This document shows positions 1 through 12,944 of a DNA stretch of 64,000 bases, one piece after another. The notes beneath the pieces are model-generated. The model worked only from the letters and a program-made list of their open reading frames with translations, had not been told where the DNA came from and searched no databases. The stretch lies in assembly GCA_030390025.1 (NCBI GenBank), contig JASTWF010000036.1, positions 3,474,001 through 3,538,000 on the forward strand, read 5' to 3'. Source of the stretch: Squalus acanthias. Its lineage: Eukaryota. The translations under genes and the position numbers were made by a program. Position 1 is the stretch's first letter. Every line of letters begins with the position of its first letter.

Positions 1-189
1 TGCAAGTACGCTGTACTTTATTTAAGCAAAATCATAGATTCAGAATGTTCAGTGAGATAAATACTTCATTACAATTGTGATAAAATTGTTCGTAAGAGCG
101 TATTTTGCCATTTACTTGGCTGCATAAGTAACCAGCCATTTATCACCTCTGCAAACATGCTGATTGATATGTTGCTGTCTCCCTTTCAG

Positions 190-322
190 AGTGGCACAGG
201 CTTATGTGAATCAGCGGAAACTGGATAATGAAGTAAAAACTCTGCAGATCCAGGCCGCCCAGTTTGCCAAACAGACACAGCAGTGGCTTGGTATGGTGGA
301 CAACTTCAACCAGGCGCTAAAG
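190..322 (+). CDS. BLOC1S1: BLOC1S1 penultimate coding exon (133 bp; gene starts upstream of the window)
   Basis: Translates VAQAYVNQRKLDNEVKTLQIQAAQFAKQTQQWLGMVDNFNQALK, matching the BLOC1S1/GCN5L1 core. Acceptor tttcAG at 188-189, donor AG|GTAAAT at 323. Confidence 0.96.
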
Positions 323-734
323 GTAAATTGTAACAGTGGAAGGCCCTGATGTACAGCGAAATATCCCAAAACTTGTTAATCACCTTGATTGTGTTTTTAA
401 ACGTACTTTTAAAACTAACATCTTGCAGAATGCTTTTTGTCTTTGTCACATTAGTTACATGTGATGATTTGGGACAAAAAATGATGCTGTTCCTCTCAGC
501 TCAATTTTTCTACCCCTTCTCTTTCCACCCCCCCCCCCCCCCCAAAAAAAAAGGACAGTGATCCTTTTATAAGCTGATTTTCAATCAAATTCAATTCAAA
601 ATAGCTAGGGCGATTTTTATTTTTTCCAAATGGGAAAAATTTAAATTTAATCCCGTCAGAGTTCAATCCAGAGAGTTGGCCTTTTGAACAGAATCTTAAA
701 TGAAACTTGTACAGTTGGAGCAGCAGGGGCTGTG

Positions 735-1190
735 AAAGAAAGAACTTGTATTTATATTGGGCCTTATCATGTTCTTAGAATGTCCCAAAGCACTTCACAG
801 CCAGTGAATTTCTTCTGCAATGCTGTCACTGTTGTTATTTAGGTAAAGGTGGCAGCCAATTTGCACACAGCAAGATCCCATCAACAGCAATGAAACGCAT
901 GACCAGTTAATCTGTTTTGGTGGTGTTGGTTGAGGGATAAATGTTGGCCAGGACACCAGGAGTACTCCCTATTCTTCCTCGAGTAGCACCGTGGGAACTC
1001 CTCTCCACCTGCGCAAGTAGCTGGGACCTTGGCTTAATGCCTTATCCAAAAGGTGGCACCTCTGACAGTGCAGCACTCCCTCAGTACTGTACTGGAGCAC
1101 GTAATCTAGGCTGACACTCAAGTCCTGGAGGGGGGCTTGAACCCACAACCTGCTGACTTGTGTGAGAGTGCTACCCGCTGAGCTATGATC
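735..1190 (-). mobile_element. tRNA-derived Deu-domain SINE (SacSINE1-like)
   Basis: Reverse complement of the 12225 copy: tRNA head, cagtactgagggagtgctgcactgtcagaggtgcc core, L2-like tail ending in tatataaatacaag. Confidence 0.75.
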
Positions 1191-3113
1191 CACAACCAAG
1201 TGTTTCTACTACCTCTGTGCCCAGTGCTACCCAAGCATGTACAAGATTGCTAGCGCACCGGATGGAAACTTTGGTGTATGCTATCAATGTGTGACCCTGT
1301 AAACACTATGTGAACACAGTGTACCATGACTGAACCTGATGTGCAAAATGTGCTTTTTGTAATTTTCATTTTCCTTGTTGGGGAGGGAGTCGGCTTAATT
1401 TACACATTTGGCTTCTAATTGTGGGAACAGGGAATTAAGTGTATCTGATTTCTGGCATATTGCCAAACCTGCTTTGACTATAGTCACTCAGGAAATGTTA
1501 AACCTTGAAATAATGAGCTACTATATCTTTCCAACAGCTGTCAGAGAGACTCTTGCTGCCTTCAGTCTGGAACAACATAATCATTTAATTACCCCAGGTT
1601 AATGACTATCTCCACTGATGTCCCATGTCAGGGAGTTGAATTTCCATCAGTAGAGATATACGGTAGTCAGCAACTTGGAATGCTTTGTCTGTGGTGGACT
1701 GAATATTCTACTGGGTGGCATATTCACTGCTCTTTTAGTACCTTGCCCCTCAGTGATGGTTGTAACATCTGCCAGGTAAATCTATTTTTTTGATACTACC
1801 CACACTGCTGGTAATGGGTAGAATGCTTCCCTTCCCCACTTCAGGTAGACTTTTTGTGAAATGCCACTATCAAAGCACAGTCTAATGTTTAAAATGAAAA
1901 GGCTCCTCTTGCTGGCACGTGGCATTTGGTTGGGGAGGAGGAAGGTATTTTAATTTTAATATTGTATACAAGTCCATCTGATGATGCATTTCAACAAGAT
2001 GTACATCACTCTGTTGTGCGTTCTGGCCACTTCCGAAGTCGTTCATGACATCTCACTGCAAATGTTCTCCTCGCAAGCATGCTGTTTGCCTCAGATCAGA
2101 GCCCACACCTGTGGGTGTTAAGGCGATCGATCTCTTAAGAGGCCTGGCTAACAATAGACGCTATAATTATTTTCAGCTCCCCAGCTGCTGCTCAAGCAAC
2201 TGGATAAACAGCCTTTACCTTCAGTGTTTTTGAAGCTACTCAGTCCTTGCTCGATAATCGCATTTCAGGAGGGCTGCTTTTTTTTTGTGGAAAATATAGC
2301 TCGATATATCATTGGGATGTTGATATTTACTTTGGAATCTTCATTATTCCAACCTGCTGTCCTAACTTGAAGTGATCAAATATTTATAAGATTTCACTCG
2401 ACCAATCATAGTGATTTAATAAGTGAGATTGTTCAGGATGATGTGGCTTCAGTAACCCATCACCTGCCAGAACACTGCAAATCTGCAAGCAAAAAGCCAG
2501 CGTTGACCGCCCCTCGGAAGACATTTTTAATGTGAATGAAATTTCTTGCAGCTTGCAAACTGTTATTTCGAAATCATTTATCCAGGAAAAGCAACACTTT
2601 AAAAAGGACACGTCAAAATGATAAATTAAGTTACAATTTTTCGGAAAAAACTGGGATGTGATAACATTGACTATTTGATCACTCGGTCGTATTTCTGCAC
2701 CACATTTAGGTAAAAAAAAAAGACTCCTCATCCGATGAATTCAGAAAAGTGCTGTAGTTCTTGTGTTTTCTTTGTATTTTAGAATGTTCATCACTTAAGG
2801 TCGCTTTTTTGCAGCTATTTTGTGATTCTTTTTTTTCCCCCAAATTGGAAAGACTCAGATTAATAACAGCGCAGAAAGACACGTTCAATTTTCAGCTTTA
2901 TGAGTATAGCCTTCATTGTAAGGTTAAAAACCTTTTTAATTGAGGCTTTCCCCAGTTGCTCAGTTGGCAAATGTGCTGCATGGTGTAGTCATGAGCAGTA
3001 AGGCAAGGAAGCTGTGGGATGTTGGGATGCCCCCCTATGATTAAACAGTCTGTTGACACTAACTGTCTAGGCTCACACACAAAGAATAGCCACTTGTTTG
3101 ATGTACTCCGGGG

Positions 3114-4193
3114 TAGGGGTGCCAACTCTGGTTGAATGTCTTCCTGGCGGTTTCAACACATGTCCTCCCGGCCTCCAACCACCCCGCCCCCCCCCCCCCC
3201 CCCCCCACACACATTACCATCGCCGAATCCCCCACCATCAACATCCTGGGGGTCATTGTTGACCAGAAACTTAACTGGACCAGCCACATAAATACTGTGG
3301 CAACAAGAGCAGGTCAGAGGCTAGGTATTCTGCGGCGAGTGTCTCACCTCCTGACTCCCCAAAGCCTTTCCACCATCTACAAGGCACAAGTAAGGAGTGT
3401 GCTGGAATACTCTCCACTTGCCTGGATGAGTGCAGCTCCAACAACACTCAAGAAGCTCGACACCATCCAGGACAAAGCAGCCCGCTTGATTGGCACTCCA
3501 TCCACCACCTTAAACATTCACTCCCTCCACCACCGGCGTACCGTGTCTGCAGTGTGTACCATCTACAAGATGCACTGCAGCAACTCGCCAAGGCTTCTTC
3601 GGCAGCACATCCAAAACCCACGACCTCTTCCACCTAGAAGGGCAGCAGGCACATGGGAACACCATCACCTCCAAGTCACACACCATCCTGACTTGGAAAT
3701 ATGTCGCCGTTCCTTCATCGTCACTGGGTCAAAATCCTGGAACGCCCTCCCTCACAGCACTGTGGGAGCACCTTCACCACACGGACTGCAGCGGTTCAAG
3801 AAGGCGGCTCACCACCACCTTCTCGAGGGCAATTAGGGATGGACAATAAATGCTGGCCTTGCCAGCGACGCCCACATCCCGGAACTAAAAAAAAAACGCT
3901 CCCACCATTAGTTGCCCAACACGTCCGTCCCTCACGGTGCCCCGCCTCCCCACGCAAACGGGAAAGCGAAAAGACACTCTGTTACCTAATTGGATGATTC
4001 TTGACTGTGAAAACAGCCTTTTTTCACCGCCAATATTTTTATAACTAATTAACAGAAGTGTTCAAAGAAAATGAAAAGGCACTTTTTTTTAATGCTTATG
4101 GATTTTTCTCCAGGGTCGCTCCCAGCAGTGTCCTGGAGATTAATCTTCAATTCTTGGAGACTTCGGGCCAATCCTGGAGGGTTGCCGACCCTA
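3114..4193. mobile_element. Non-autonomous DNA transposon (hAT-like MITE) split by a LINE
   Basis: Termini TAGGGGTGCCAAC ... GTTGCCGACCCTA. Flanks actccgggg / actccaggg give an 8-9 bp TSD with 1 mismatch. A LINE is inserted at about 3212-3895. Confidence 0.6.
3212..3895 (+). mobile_element. CR1/L2-clade LINE 3' fragment (family B), RT C-terminus
   Basis: ORF ILGVIVDQKLNWTSHIN...IYKAQVRSVLEYSPLAW...IQDKAARLIG, then a tail caataaatgctggccttgccagcgacgcccacatccc and poly(A). Confidence 0.85.
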
Positions 4194-4629
4194 ACTCCAG
4201 GGGGTAGTCTGCTACTCTCGAACTCTACCCCAGCATAGGTCAGTCAGTGCTTCAGGGGAGAAGGACAGAAAACTAGATGGAGGAAAAATGATAAACCTCT
4301 TCAGTGAGCAGCATTGAATTAATGCAGCACTGAGCACCATCTGCTGGCTTGTGGAGAGAAATAAAATCAGTGATACCGTGATCCTGGCAAATCCAGTTTT
4401 GACTGTAGCCATCTTGTATTACTAGTTTAAAAGAGGCACCGCAGTGTTTGTTCAGGGAGGCAGGAGAGCCAGGTGCCATTTTTGTCGCAATGTAATATGT
4501 AAGTGATGCAATCTTGTGTTTTTGGCTTGATCTATATCACTTACACTATTTCATGAACCATTATGCTCCACAGATCTGTAGTTATCCTCAATTCTGTTCA
4601 TCCAGCAGTTTTTCAAAAAGTCTCACGTG

Positions 4630-4920
4630 CCCCATAGAACAGTATAGCACAGAAGGAGACTTTTTCGAAGAGCAATCCAGTCAGTCCCACTCCCCTGCTC
4701 TTTCCCCATAACCCTGCAATTTTTTCTCCTTCAAGTATTTATCCAATTCCCTTTTGAAGGCCACTATTCAATCTGTTTCCACCGCCCGATCAGGCAGTGC
4801 ATTCCAAATCCTAACCACTCGTCGCGTAAAAAAGTTTTCCTCATGTCGCCTCTGGTTCTTTTGCCAATCACCTTAAATCTGTGTCCTCTGGTTAGCGACC
4901 CTTCAGCCATTGGAAACAGT
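4630..4920 (-). mobile_element. CR1 LINE 3' end
   Basis: Minus-strand LFPMAEGSLTRGHRFKVIGKRTRGDMRK. Confidence 0.8.
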
Positions 4921-5204
4921 TTGATGTAGGATCTCCTAGTGTATGTCTCAGTTGCACCAATGAGACACCTGGAAAGATTAGGATTTCCATTTGGAAAACC
5001 TGTTCCTATATTGAGGATCAATTCTCATCAACTCATTCCCATGGAATTCGAATAACGAAGTGGCTAAAACCAGGGCCTTTTCCCCTTTTCTGAAGCTGTA
5101 ATTCAGCCCTTCCACAAGCAAGCTGCAGCTATGACCTATTAAGTTTTGTTATTGGGGCTATCTTTAGAATGGAGCCTTAAGGCCTGGGTGTCAGAGTGAA
5201 AAAA

Positions 5205-5530
5205 ATAAAGAATTTGCAATTCTATAATACCTGTCATGTCCTAAAGCACTTAACCGCCAATGAATTACTTTTGAGGTGCAGTCACTGTTGTTAAGTATGT
5301 TAACACAGCAGCCAAATTTGTGCACAGTGAGGTCCCACAAAGGGCAAAGAGATAAATGACCAATTAATCTACTTTTGGTGGTGTTGATTGCATAAATGTT
5401 GACCAGGAGACTGGGCGAACTCCCTGCTCTTCTTCCATTGGCACCCTGGGATCTTTTTAAAGACTGATCAGGTTTCAGTTTAACATCTCATCCGAAAGAC
5501 GGCACCTCTGACAGTGGGGCCTGAATCCAC
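5205..5530 (-). mobile_element. Deu-domain SINE, degenerate
   Basis: Shares catctcatccgaaagacggcacctctgacagtg and the L2-like tail with the 735 and 12225 copies. Confidence 0.7.
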
Positions 5531-5574
5531 TGCGTTCTGGCTTCAAAGGGTCTTTTTTTTAAAAAATTTTTTTA

Positions 5575-5903
5575 TGGGATGTGGGCATCGCTGGCAAGGC
5601 CAGCATTTATTGCCCATCCCGAGTTGCCCTCGAGAAGGTGGTGGTGAGCCGCCTTCTTGAACCGCTGCAGTCTGTGTGGTGAAGGTACTCCCACAGTGCT
5701 GTTAGGGAGGGAGTTCCAGGGTTTGACCCAGCGATGATGAAGGATTGGCGATATACCTGCAAGTCAGGATGGTGTGTGACTTGGAGGTGGTGGTGTTCCT
5801 ATGCGCCTGCTGCCCTTGTCCTTCTAGGTGGAAGAGGTCGTGGGTTTGGGAGGTGCTGCCGAAGAAGCCTTGGCGAGTTGCTGCAGTGCATCTTGTAGAT
5901 GGT
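5575..5903 (-). mobile_element. LINE family B 3' end
   Basis: Reverse complement of about 3560-3880. Confidence 0.8.
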
Positions 5904-6550
5904 AACTGCGGGTGCGTGGCGGTGCGGAGCGGGAAGGAAACCCCCACGGGGAGTTCAGCGTGAGACCCGGGACATTTTAACTCCTGGGACTCCTTTATAT
6001 AATCCAGGACAGTCTCCACCCAAAACCGACGGGAGTGACGTCTGGGCTGGTTGGGCGGGAGCAAGTATTGGGTCGGGTGCCCGAGGATGTCAGGACCCAA
6101 GTGAACAGTTAATAAAATTAACGCTGGGCGGGGGCTTTGGAACTCGATGCCGCGCTGGGAGGGAGAGGCCTGGCCAGGGCTGGGGAGTCCCAAGGATTCC
6201 TTGCGGGATCTGGACGGGGGGAAAACATTCCTGCACCTCCTGAATTCCACAGAACTTAACCATGGCCTCTTCTGGCCACTCTGGCTCTGCTGTCTGGTTT
6301 GGCCTCGTGCGGACCTCCCCAATCCAGAAGTCCAAATGGCGTTGCAGCACTGATGATGCCATTGGGCCACAATTTTCCAATGTAAAGTAGGTCCCCTCCT
6401 GTCATGTGTCCTTCCTTCCCGTGCCTGAATTAAGGTAAGTAAAGATGGTAGGGGGCAGGAATGTGGCTGGACAACTCCGCACCCCTCCCCTGCTTTAACA
6501 TCCTCCCCACACCGTTGCTGCCAGGCAGGAGTGGGTTAAAATCTACCCCC
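5904..6550. mobile_element. Harbinger-type MITE, left end truncated
   Basis: Right terminus GGGTTAAAATCTACCCCC. Internal ttttaactcc(t/a)ggg shared with the 10988 element. Contains AAG|GTAAGT at about 6432. Confidence 0.5.
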
Positions 6551-6819
6551 AAGGTTACCACTAAGCCAAGCTGACACTTCTAGGTCTGTGATCCTGACTG
6601 AATCAAGCTCCGCAGATGAGATGGAAGTCTCTTGCTTCTGATAGATGCTCAGGCTTTTGAATCTGTTTTCTTCCCTCTTTCTGCTGAAGGCACTGGGGTA
6701 CAATTCCAAAGGGGCAGATAGCCCTCCAATATCTCGTCCAACTGCCATTCTTCCTGCGTGAGCCTAAATAGCAAGTGTTGGGGCATCACAGTGGAGCTCA
6801 ATCCTGCCCACATACACAA

Positions 6820-8410
6820 AATTAGGGTTGTATTCCCTAAAGTTTAGAAGGTTAAGGGGTGATCTGATCGAAGTTTTCAAGACATTAAGGGGAACAGATA
6901 GGGTCGATAGAGAGAAACTATTTCCGCTGGTTGGGGATTCTAGGACCAGGGGGCATAGTCTAAAAATTAGAGCCAGACCTTTCAGGAGTGAAATTAGGAA
7001 ACACAGGGTGGTCGAAGTTTGGAACTCTTCCGCAAATGGCAATTGATGCTGGGTCAATTGTTAATTTTAAATCTGAGATTGATAGATTTTTGTTAACTAA
7101 AGGTATTAAGGGATATTGTCCAAAGGCGGGTAAATCGTGCTTGACTAATCTATTGGAATTTTTTGAGGGAGTAACTGGTAAAATAGATGGGGGAGAGCCA
7201 GTAGATGTGGTGTACCTGGACTTCCAAAAGGCCTTCGACAAGGTCCCACATAAAAGATTAGCATGGAAAATTGAAGCTCATGGGATAAAGGGGAAAGTAT
7301 TGACGTGGATAGAGAACTGGCTGTCAGATAGAAAACAGAGAGTTGGAATAAACGGCTCATTTTCTGAATGGCAGGCAGTAACAAGTGGGGTACCACAGGG
7401 ATCTGTCCTGGGTCCCCAGCTGTTCACAATTTACATTAATGACCTGGATCAGGGAGTCGGATGCAGCATTTCCAAATTTGCAGACGACACTAAACTAGGA
7501 GGGGGGGTGGGCTCAGAGGAGGAGACCAGGAAGCTCCAGAGCGATTTGGACAGACTGGGTGATTGGGCGGATAAATGGCAGATGCACTATAATGTGGACA
7601 AGTGCAAAGTTATCCACCTTGGGTGCAGGAACGGGAGGGCAAATTATTATTTAAATGGCAATAAATTGGGAGAGGGGGAAGTACAGAGAGACCTGGGTGT
7701 TCTTGTACACCAGTCACTGAAGGCGAGCATGCAGGTGCAACAGGCGGTCAAGAAGGCAAACGGTATGCTGGCCTTCATAGCAAAAGGGTTGGAATACAGG
7801 AACAGGGATACCTTGCTGCAGCTGTACAGGGCACTGGTGAGACCACACCTCGAGTACTGTGTACAGTTTTGGTCGCCTCATCTGAGGAAAGATGTTCTTG
7901 CCATGGAGGGGGTGCAGCGGCGATTCACCAGGCTGATACCAGGAATGGCGGGATTGACCTATGAGGAGAGACTATGTAGTTTAGGGATGTACACACTGGA
8001 GTTTAGAAGATTGAGAGGGGACCTCATAGAAGTGTATAAAATTCTGACAGGTCTAGACAGACTAGATGCAGAAGGAATGTTTCCCTTGGCGGGTGAGAAC
8101 AGAACTAGAGGACATAATTTAAGGATAAGGGCTAAACCATTTAGGACAGAAATGAGGGGGAATTTCTTCACTGAGGGTGGTGAACCTGTGGAACTCATTG
8201 CCACAGAGGGCAGTGTACGCCAGCTCATTAAATATATTTAAGAGGGAATTAGATATATTTCTACAGGCAAAAGGGGTTAAGGGTTACGGAGAGAAGGCGG
8301 GGACGGGATACTGAATTGGAGGATCAGCCATGATCTCATTAAATGGCGGAGCAGGCTCGAAGGGCCGGATGGCCTACTCCTGCTCCTATCTTCTATGTAT
8401 CTATGTATCT
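6820..8410 (+). mobile_element. Two joined CR1 LINE fragments (3' piece 6820-7125; RT-to-tail piece 7126-8410)
   Basis: [35 protein letters not shown] and KFADDTKL RT motifs; (ctatgta)n tail. Confidence 0.92.
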
Positions 8411-8414
8411 ATAT

Positions 8415-10058
8415 GGACCTGATGGCTTACATCCTAGGGTCTTGAGGGAAGTGTCAATAGGGATTGTGTATGCTTTGGTAATAATTTTCCAAAATTCCCT
8501 GGAATCAGCAAAGGTCCCGGCAGATTGGAAAACTGCTAATGTAACACCCTTATTTAAAAAGGGTAGTAGGCAGAAAGCTGGTGGGTAAAATTTTGGAGTC
8601 TATTATTAAGGAGACAGTAACGGAACATTTAGATAAACATAATTTGATAGGACAAAGTCAGCATGGCTTTATGAAGGGGAAATCATGTCTGACAATTTTG
8701 CTTGAGTTCTTTGAGGACATAACGTACAGGGTGGATAAAGGGGAACCAATGGACGTAGTGTATTTAGACTTCCAGAAGGCATTCGACAAGGTGCCACATA
8801 AAAGATTATTGCTCAAGATAAAAAATCACTGGATTGGGGGGAATATTCTGGCATGGGTGGAGGATTGGTTATCTAACAGGAAGCAGAGAGTTGGGATAAA
8901 TGGTTCATTCTCGGACTGGCAATCAGTAGCCAGTGGTGTTCCGCAGGGGTCGGTGCTGGGTCCCCAACTCTTTACAATCTATATTAACGATTTGGAGGAG
9001 GGGACCGAGTGTAACATATCAAAGTTTGCAGATGATACAAAGATGGGAGGGAAAGTAGAAAGTGAGGAGGACATAAAAAACCTACAAGGGGATATAGACA
9101 AGCTGGGTGAGTGGGCAGAGATTTGGCAGATGCAATACAATATTGGAAAATGTGAGGTTATGCACTTTGGCAGGAAAAATCAGAGAGCAAGTTATTATCT
9201 TAATGGCGAGAAACTGGAAAGTACTGCAGTACAAAGGGATCTGGGGGTCCTAGTGCAAGAAAATCAAAAAGTTAGTATGCAGGTGCAGCAGGTGATCAAG
9301 AAGGCCAACGGAATGTTGGCTTTTATTGCTAGGGGGATAGATTATAAAAACAGGGAGGTATTGCTGCAGTTATATAAGGTATTGGTGAGACCGCATCTGG
9401 AATACTGCATACAGTTTTGGTGTCCATACTTAAGAAAAGACATACTTGCTCTCGAGGCAGTACAAAGAAGGTTCACTCGGTTAATCCCGGGGATGAGGGG
9501 GTGGACATACGAGGAGAGGTTGAGTAGATTGGGACTCTACTCATTGGAGTTCAGAAGAATGAGAGGCGATCTTATTGAAACATATAAGAATGTGAAGGGG
9601 CTTGATCGGGTGGATGCGGTAAGGATGTTCCCAAGGATGGGTGAAACTAGAACTAGGGGGCATAATCTTAGAATAAGGGGCTGCTCTTTCAAAACTGAGA
9701 TGAGGAGAAACTTCTTCACTCAGAGGGTAGTAGGTCTGTGGAATTTGCTGCCCCAGGAAGCTGTGGAAGCTACATCATTAAATAAATTTAAAACAGAAAT
9801 AGACAGTTTCCTAGAAGTAAAGGGAATTAGGGGTTACGGGGAGCGGGCAGGAAATTGGACATGAGGCTGAGTTCGGATCGGTCAAGGCCCTGTGGGTGGC
9901 GGAGCGGGCCCAGGGGCTGAGTGGCCGGGTCCTGCTCCTACTTCTTGTGTTCTTTAGATTTGAGGTGAGGATCAGATCAGCCATGATCTTATTGAATGGC
10001 GGAGCAGGCTCGAAGGGCCGATTGGCCTACTCCTGCTCCTATTTCTTATGTTCTTATA
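8415..10058 (+). mobile_element. 5'-truncated CR1 LINE with an open 427-aa RT-domain ORF
   Basis: ORF 8581-9864 has all RT motifs. The 3' tail is duplicated (9865-9952 and 9953-10058) and ends in cttatgttcttat. Confidence 0.95.
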
Positions 10059-10749
10059 ACAGCAATAAAAAAATATAAAATACCATGTCCATTGACAACC
10101 CAGTCGGGTTTTGATCCACTTGGTGAGCTGTGATTTTTTAAAAATCCTTTTACACACTGGCTTAACGGCTTGCTTAATCTAACAGCTGCATCGTGCAGCC
10201 ATGTGAAGGTCAGATAAATAGCACAAAACTTGATACCTGACACACCCTAGCCAATAAAGATTTTCTGTACTAGATGTTCTTTCAAACACACCCCTCCACA
10301 GTATAAATGGGATACAAAGAGCCAGATCACCAATTTCCTGTTATTGCCAGGCTCAACTGTAGTCTTATGGTTTTAGATTGATTCACCGTTACATCTTGCC
10401 TTTAATATTCTGTACCTCCTCCATGGCCTTTAGCCAGTGAATATTCATAGAGATGTGGTGGAACAGCATATTGAGCAGCAAAACATAGTGCAAGAGGCTG
10501 GTGGGATGCAGATGCAATCCTCATTCTGCTTAATTGCCCAATCCAGCCACATTATCTGCTGAATCTGATCCAGACATTTCCACATAAGCGGGGCAGAAAA
10601 TCAGGTGGTAGGCCATCACTCTTGCCTAGCTCACAGAGGACTGGGAGCAGGTCACCTACCCATCTGTTTTCTCTGCCACAGGAGGTGGGCAGTGGAAACC
10701 ACATAATTCAAAAAGACAAATACCAATTCTCACCTACACCTTAAACCAT

Positions 10750-11930
10750 TTACAGTTGGCGTATTGTGTGCAGTTCTGGGTTCCACGCTATAGGAAGGAT
10801 GATGAGGCAATAGAGGAGTACAGTCCAGATTCACTAGGATGCTGTCTGGTGTGGTGACTAAACGCAAGTACAAAGGAAGACTTGGAAAAATTGGGCATTA
10901 CTCGCTAGAACAGAGGAGATTACAGAGTGATTTGATAGAGATGTTTAAAATTATGAAGGGATGAGACAAGGTAGATAGAAACAGACTGGCCCCGATATGT
11001 ACCAGGGCATGGTTTCGGAGCAGGGGGGGAGAGAGTGCGGGTTTCCCCGTACAGCGTGGAGTTTTAACTCCAGGGCGTGTCTTGAGTTGTTTTTTTCCCC
11101 CCCAGGTTCTCTGCCTGAAAACCAGCCTGATTGACAGGCTTGGCTGCCTGTCTGATGGGGAAGGCTGCAGCCCAGGAGCAGGTCGGTTTAGTGATGTTTG
11201 GGGGTCGGTGATCGCGGGGGGAGTAGAGCGTGATTGGGCTGGTCGGAGATCACAGGGAGTTCAGCGGGGTGGGGGGGGTGGATTTACAGGGTAAGCTTGT
11301 TGGGCCTGGAGGAAACGCTCCTGCTCCTCCTGGCCCACAAGCCGTGCTGGAAAGGCACTTACCTTATGGATCCAGACCTTCTCACCACCTTTTAGCTGCT
11401 GGGTTTCCCGAGGCCAGAGAAACCCGTTCGACAGTAGTTAAAAATAGAAACCTTGTTAAAATGGAGGCACGCAGCCTCCTTTAAAAGCTCTAAACGACTG
11501 ACCCGCCTCCTGAGAGCTGTTTGGTCGCATGCCTCCCGTCCCGCCTCCATTAAAACTGGAAGTGGGTTGGTTCGAGGCGGATTGGGATCGTGTTTGAAAT
11601 TTTTAAAATTTTTTTGCTTCCCACCCCACCTGTTTTTCGGGTTAAAATTACCCCCACTGTTTCCAGTGGTTATGGGGTCAAGAACAAGGGGACTTGGATA
11701 TAAGATTAAATGTTAGTGATTTAGGGCCGAGAGCAGGAGATGCTGTTTTACACAGATTGTGAGGCTGTGGAATTCACTACCAGAGTTAGTGATTGAAGCA
11801 GAGACCAGGTCAACATTTAAGAATAGGTTAGAGGGGTGGTTGAAGGAAAATGGAATAAAGGGATATGGAAGCAGGGCAGGACCATGGGATTAGGACTACT
11901 GATCGAGTGGAAGATAAACACCAACACCAA
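10750..11930 (+). mobile_element. Old CR1 3' fragment split by a MITE
   Basis: gtgcagttctgggttccac ... gtagatagaaacagact | actgtttccagtgg ... rejoins across the 10988-11655 insertion. Confidence 0.75.
10988..11655. mobile_element. Harbinger/PIF-type MITE
   Basis: 3-bp TSD ACT (10985-10987 and 11656-11658). Ends GGCCCCGATATG ... AAAATTACCCCC. Removal restores the host LINE. Confidence 0.75.
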
Positions 11931-12224
11931 TTTTTACGTAGTAAGCTCGCCAATGGCCTCGTGAGTAGAGACACTACCTGCTGTAATGTTAAGCCAGACA
12001 GACTGGAATGTCCCAGGCATTATTTGGGGTTGCCTCGGTACCCCAGGCTAGGGAGCAGACAATCTGCCAGAATTTCTGCTCTTGATTGGTATCAAGTAAC
12101 CCCTGCTGGAAAGTTCTAGTGTGAGGACAGGATTGGGCTTGGCTATGATCCCTCCTATTGTCAAATATCGTGCCAAAATTAACTGTCCTGGCTCTCACAG
12201 CAAGAACGGCCACCTGAGTGAAGT

Positions 12225-12650
12225 GTCAGCTGTGGCTCAGTGGGCAGCACCCTCGCCTCTGAGTCAGAAGGTTGTGGGTTCAAGTCTCACTCCAGGGACT
12301 TGAGCACAAAAAGCTAGGCTGACACTCCAGTGCAGTGCTGAGGGAGTGCCGCACTGTCTGAGGTGCCGTCTTTCGGATGAGACGTTAAACCGAGGCCCCG
12401 TCTGCTCTCTCAAGTGGATGTAAACAATCCCATGGCACTCTTTCGAAGAAGAGCAGGGGAGTTATCCCCGGTGTCCTGGGCTAATATTTATCTCTCAACC
12501 AAAACAAGTATGTCAACTGTTTGTTGGAACTTGCTGTGCGCAAATTGGCTGCTGCATTTGCCGACATAACAAAAGTAATTCATTGACTGTGCAGTACTTT
12601 GGGAAATCCTGAAGATGTGAAGGGGGCTATATAAATGCAAGTCCTTTCCT
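12225..12650 (+). mobile_element. Full-length tRNA-derived Deu-domain SINE (SacSINE1-like)
   Basis: Box A tggctcagtggg, box B ggttcaagtct, core gaggtgccgtctttcggatgagacgttaaaccgaggccc, L2-type tail gctatataaatgcaagtc. Confidence 0.8.
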
Positions 12651-12788
12651 TTCTTGCTGGAAGGCTGCATCTGTGGAAGATGGTCAAAAACTGGCTGCAC
12701 AAATATTTATTTTTCGAGGACCATCGATGACAGCTGATTGACGTTCCATCGAGATAAAACTGAATTGGGTTCTGTAAGGATAAAGGGT

Positions 12789-12832
12789 CATGATGTGGAG
12801 ATGCCGGTGTTGGACTGGGGTGGACTTCTCAC
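12789..12832. mobile_element. 44-bp collapsed Penelope-like terminal remnant
   Basis: catgatgtggagatgccggtgttggactggggtggac|ttctcac flanked by the 12-bp direct repeat aggataaagggt (12777-12788, 12833-12844). Same ends as the 35527 element. Confidence 0.75.
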
Positions 12833-12944
12833 AGGATAAAGGGTGTAATAGGTTAAAAAAACCCGGACTTGAGCAGCAAAGAGGTAGCAGCAAGTGGATG
12901 TTGATTTTTTGTCTGATCTTGCTGAATATTTGTTTTCCCTCCAG

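Noticed and set aside
242..248. CUGCAGA in the BLOC1S1 exon as an alternative RIDD site
   Set aside because: The flanks (aaacu / uccag) do not pair, so there is no stem-loop.
8581..9864. Long reverse-transcriptase ORFs as host genes or a retron-like system
   Set aside because: All are 5'-truncated CR1 ORF2 pieces with CR1 tails in a vertebrate intron/intergenic context.
12225..12300. tRNA gene (also at 60950)
   Set aside because: The A/B boxes run directly into a SINE core and L2 tail, and there are several dispersed copies.
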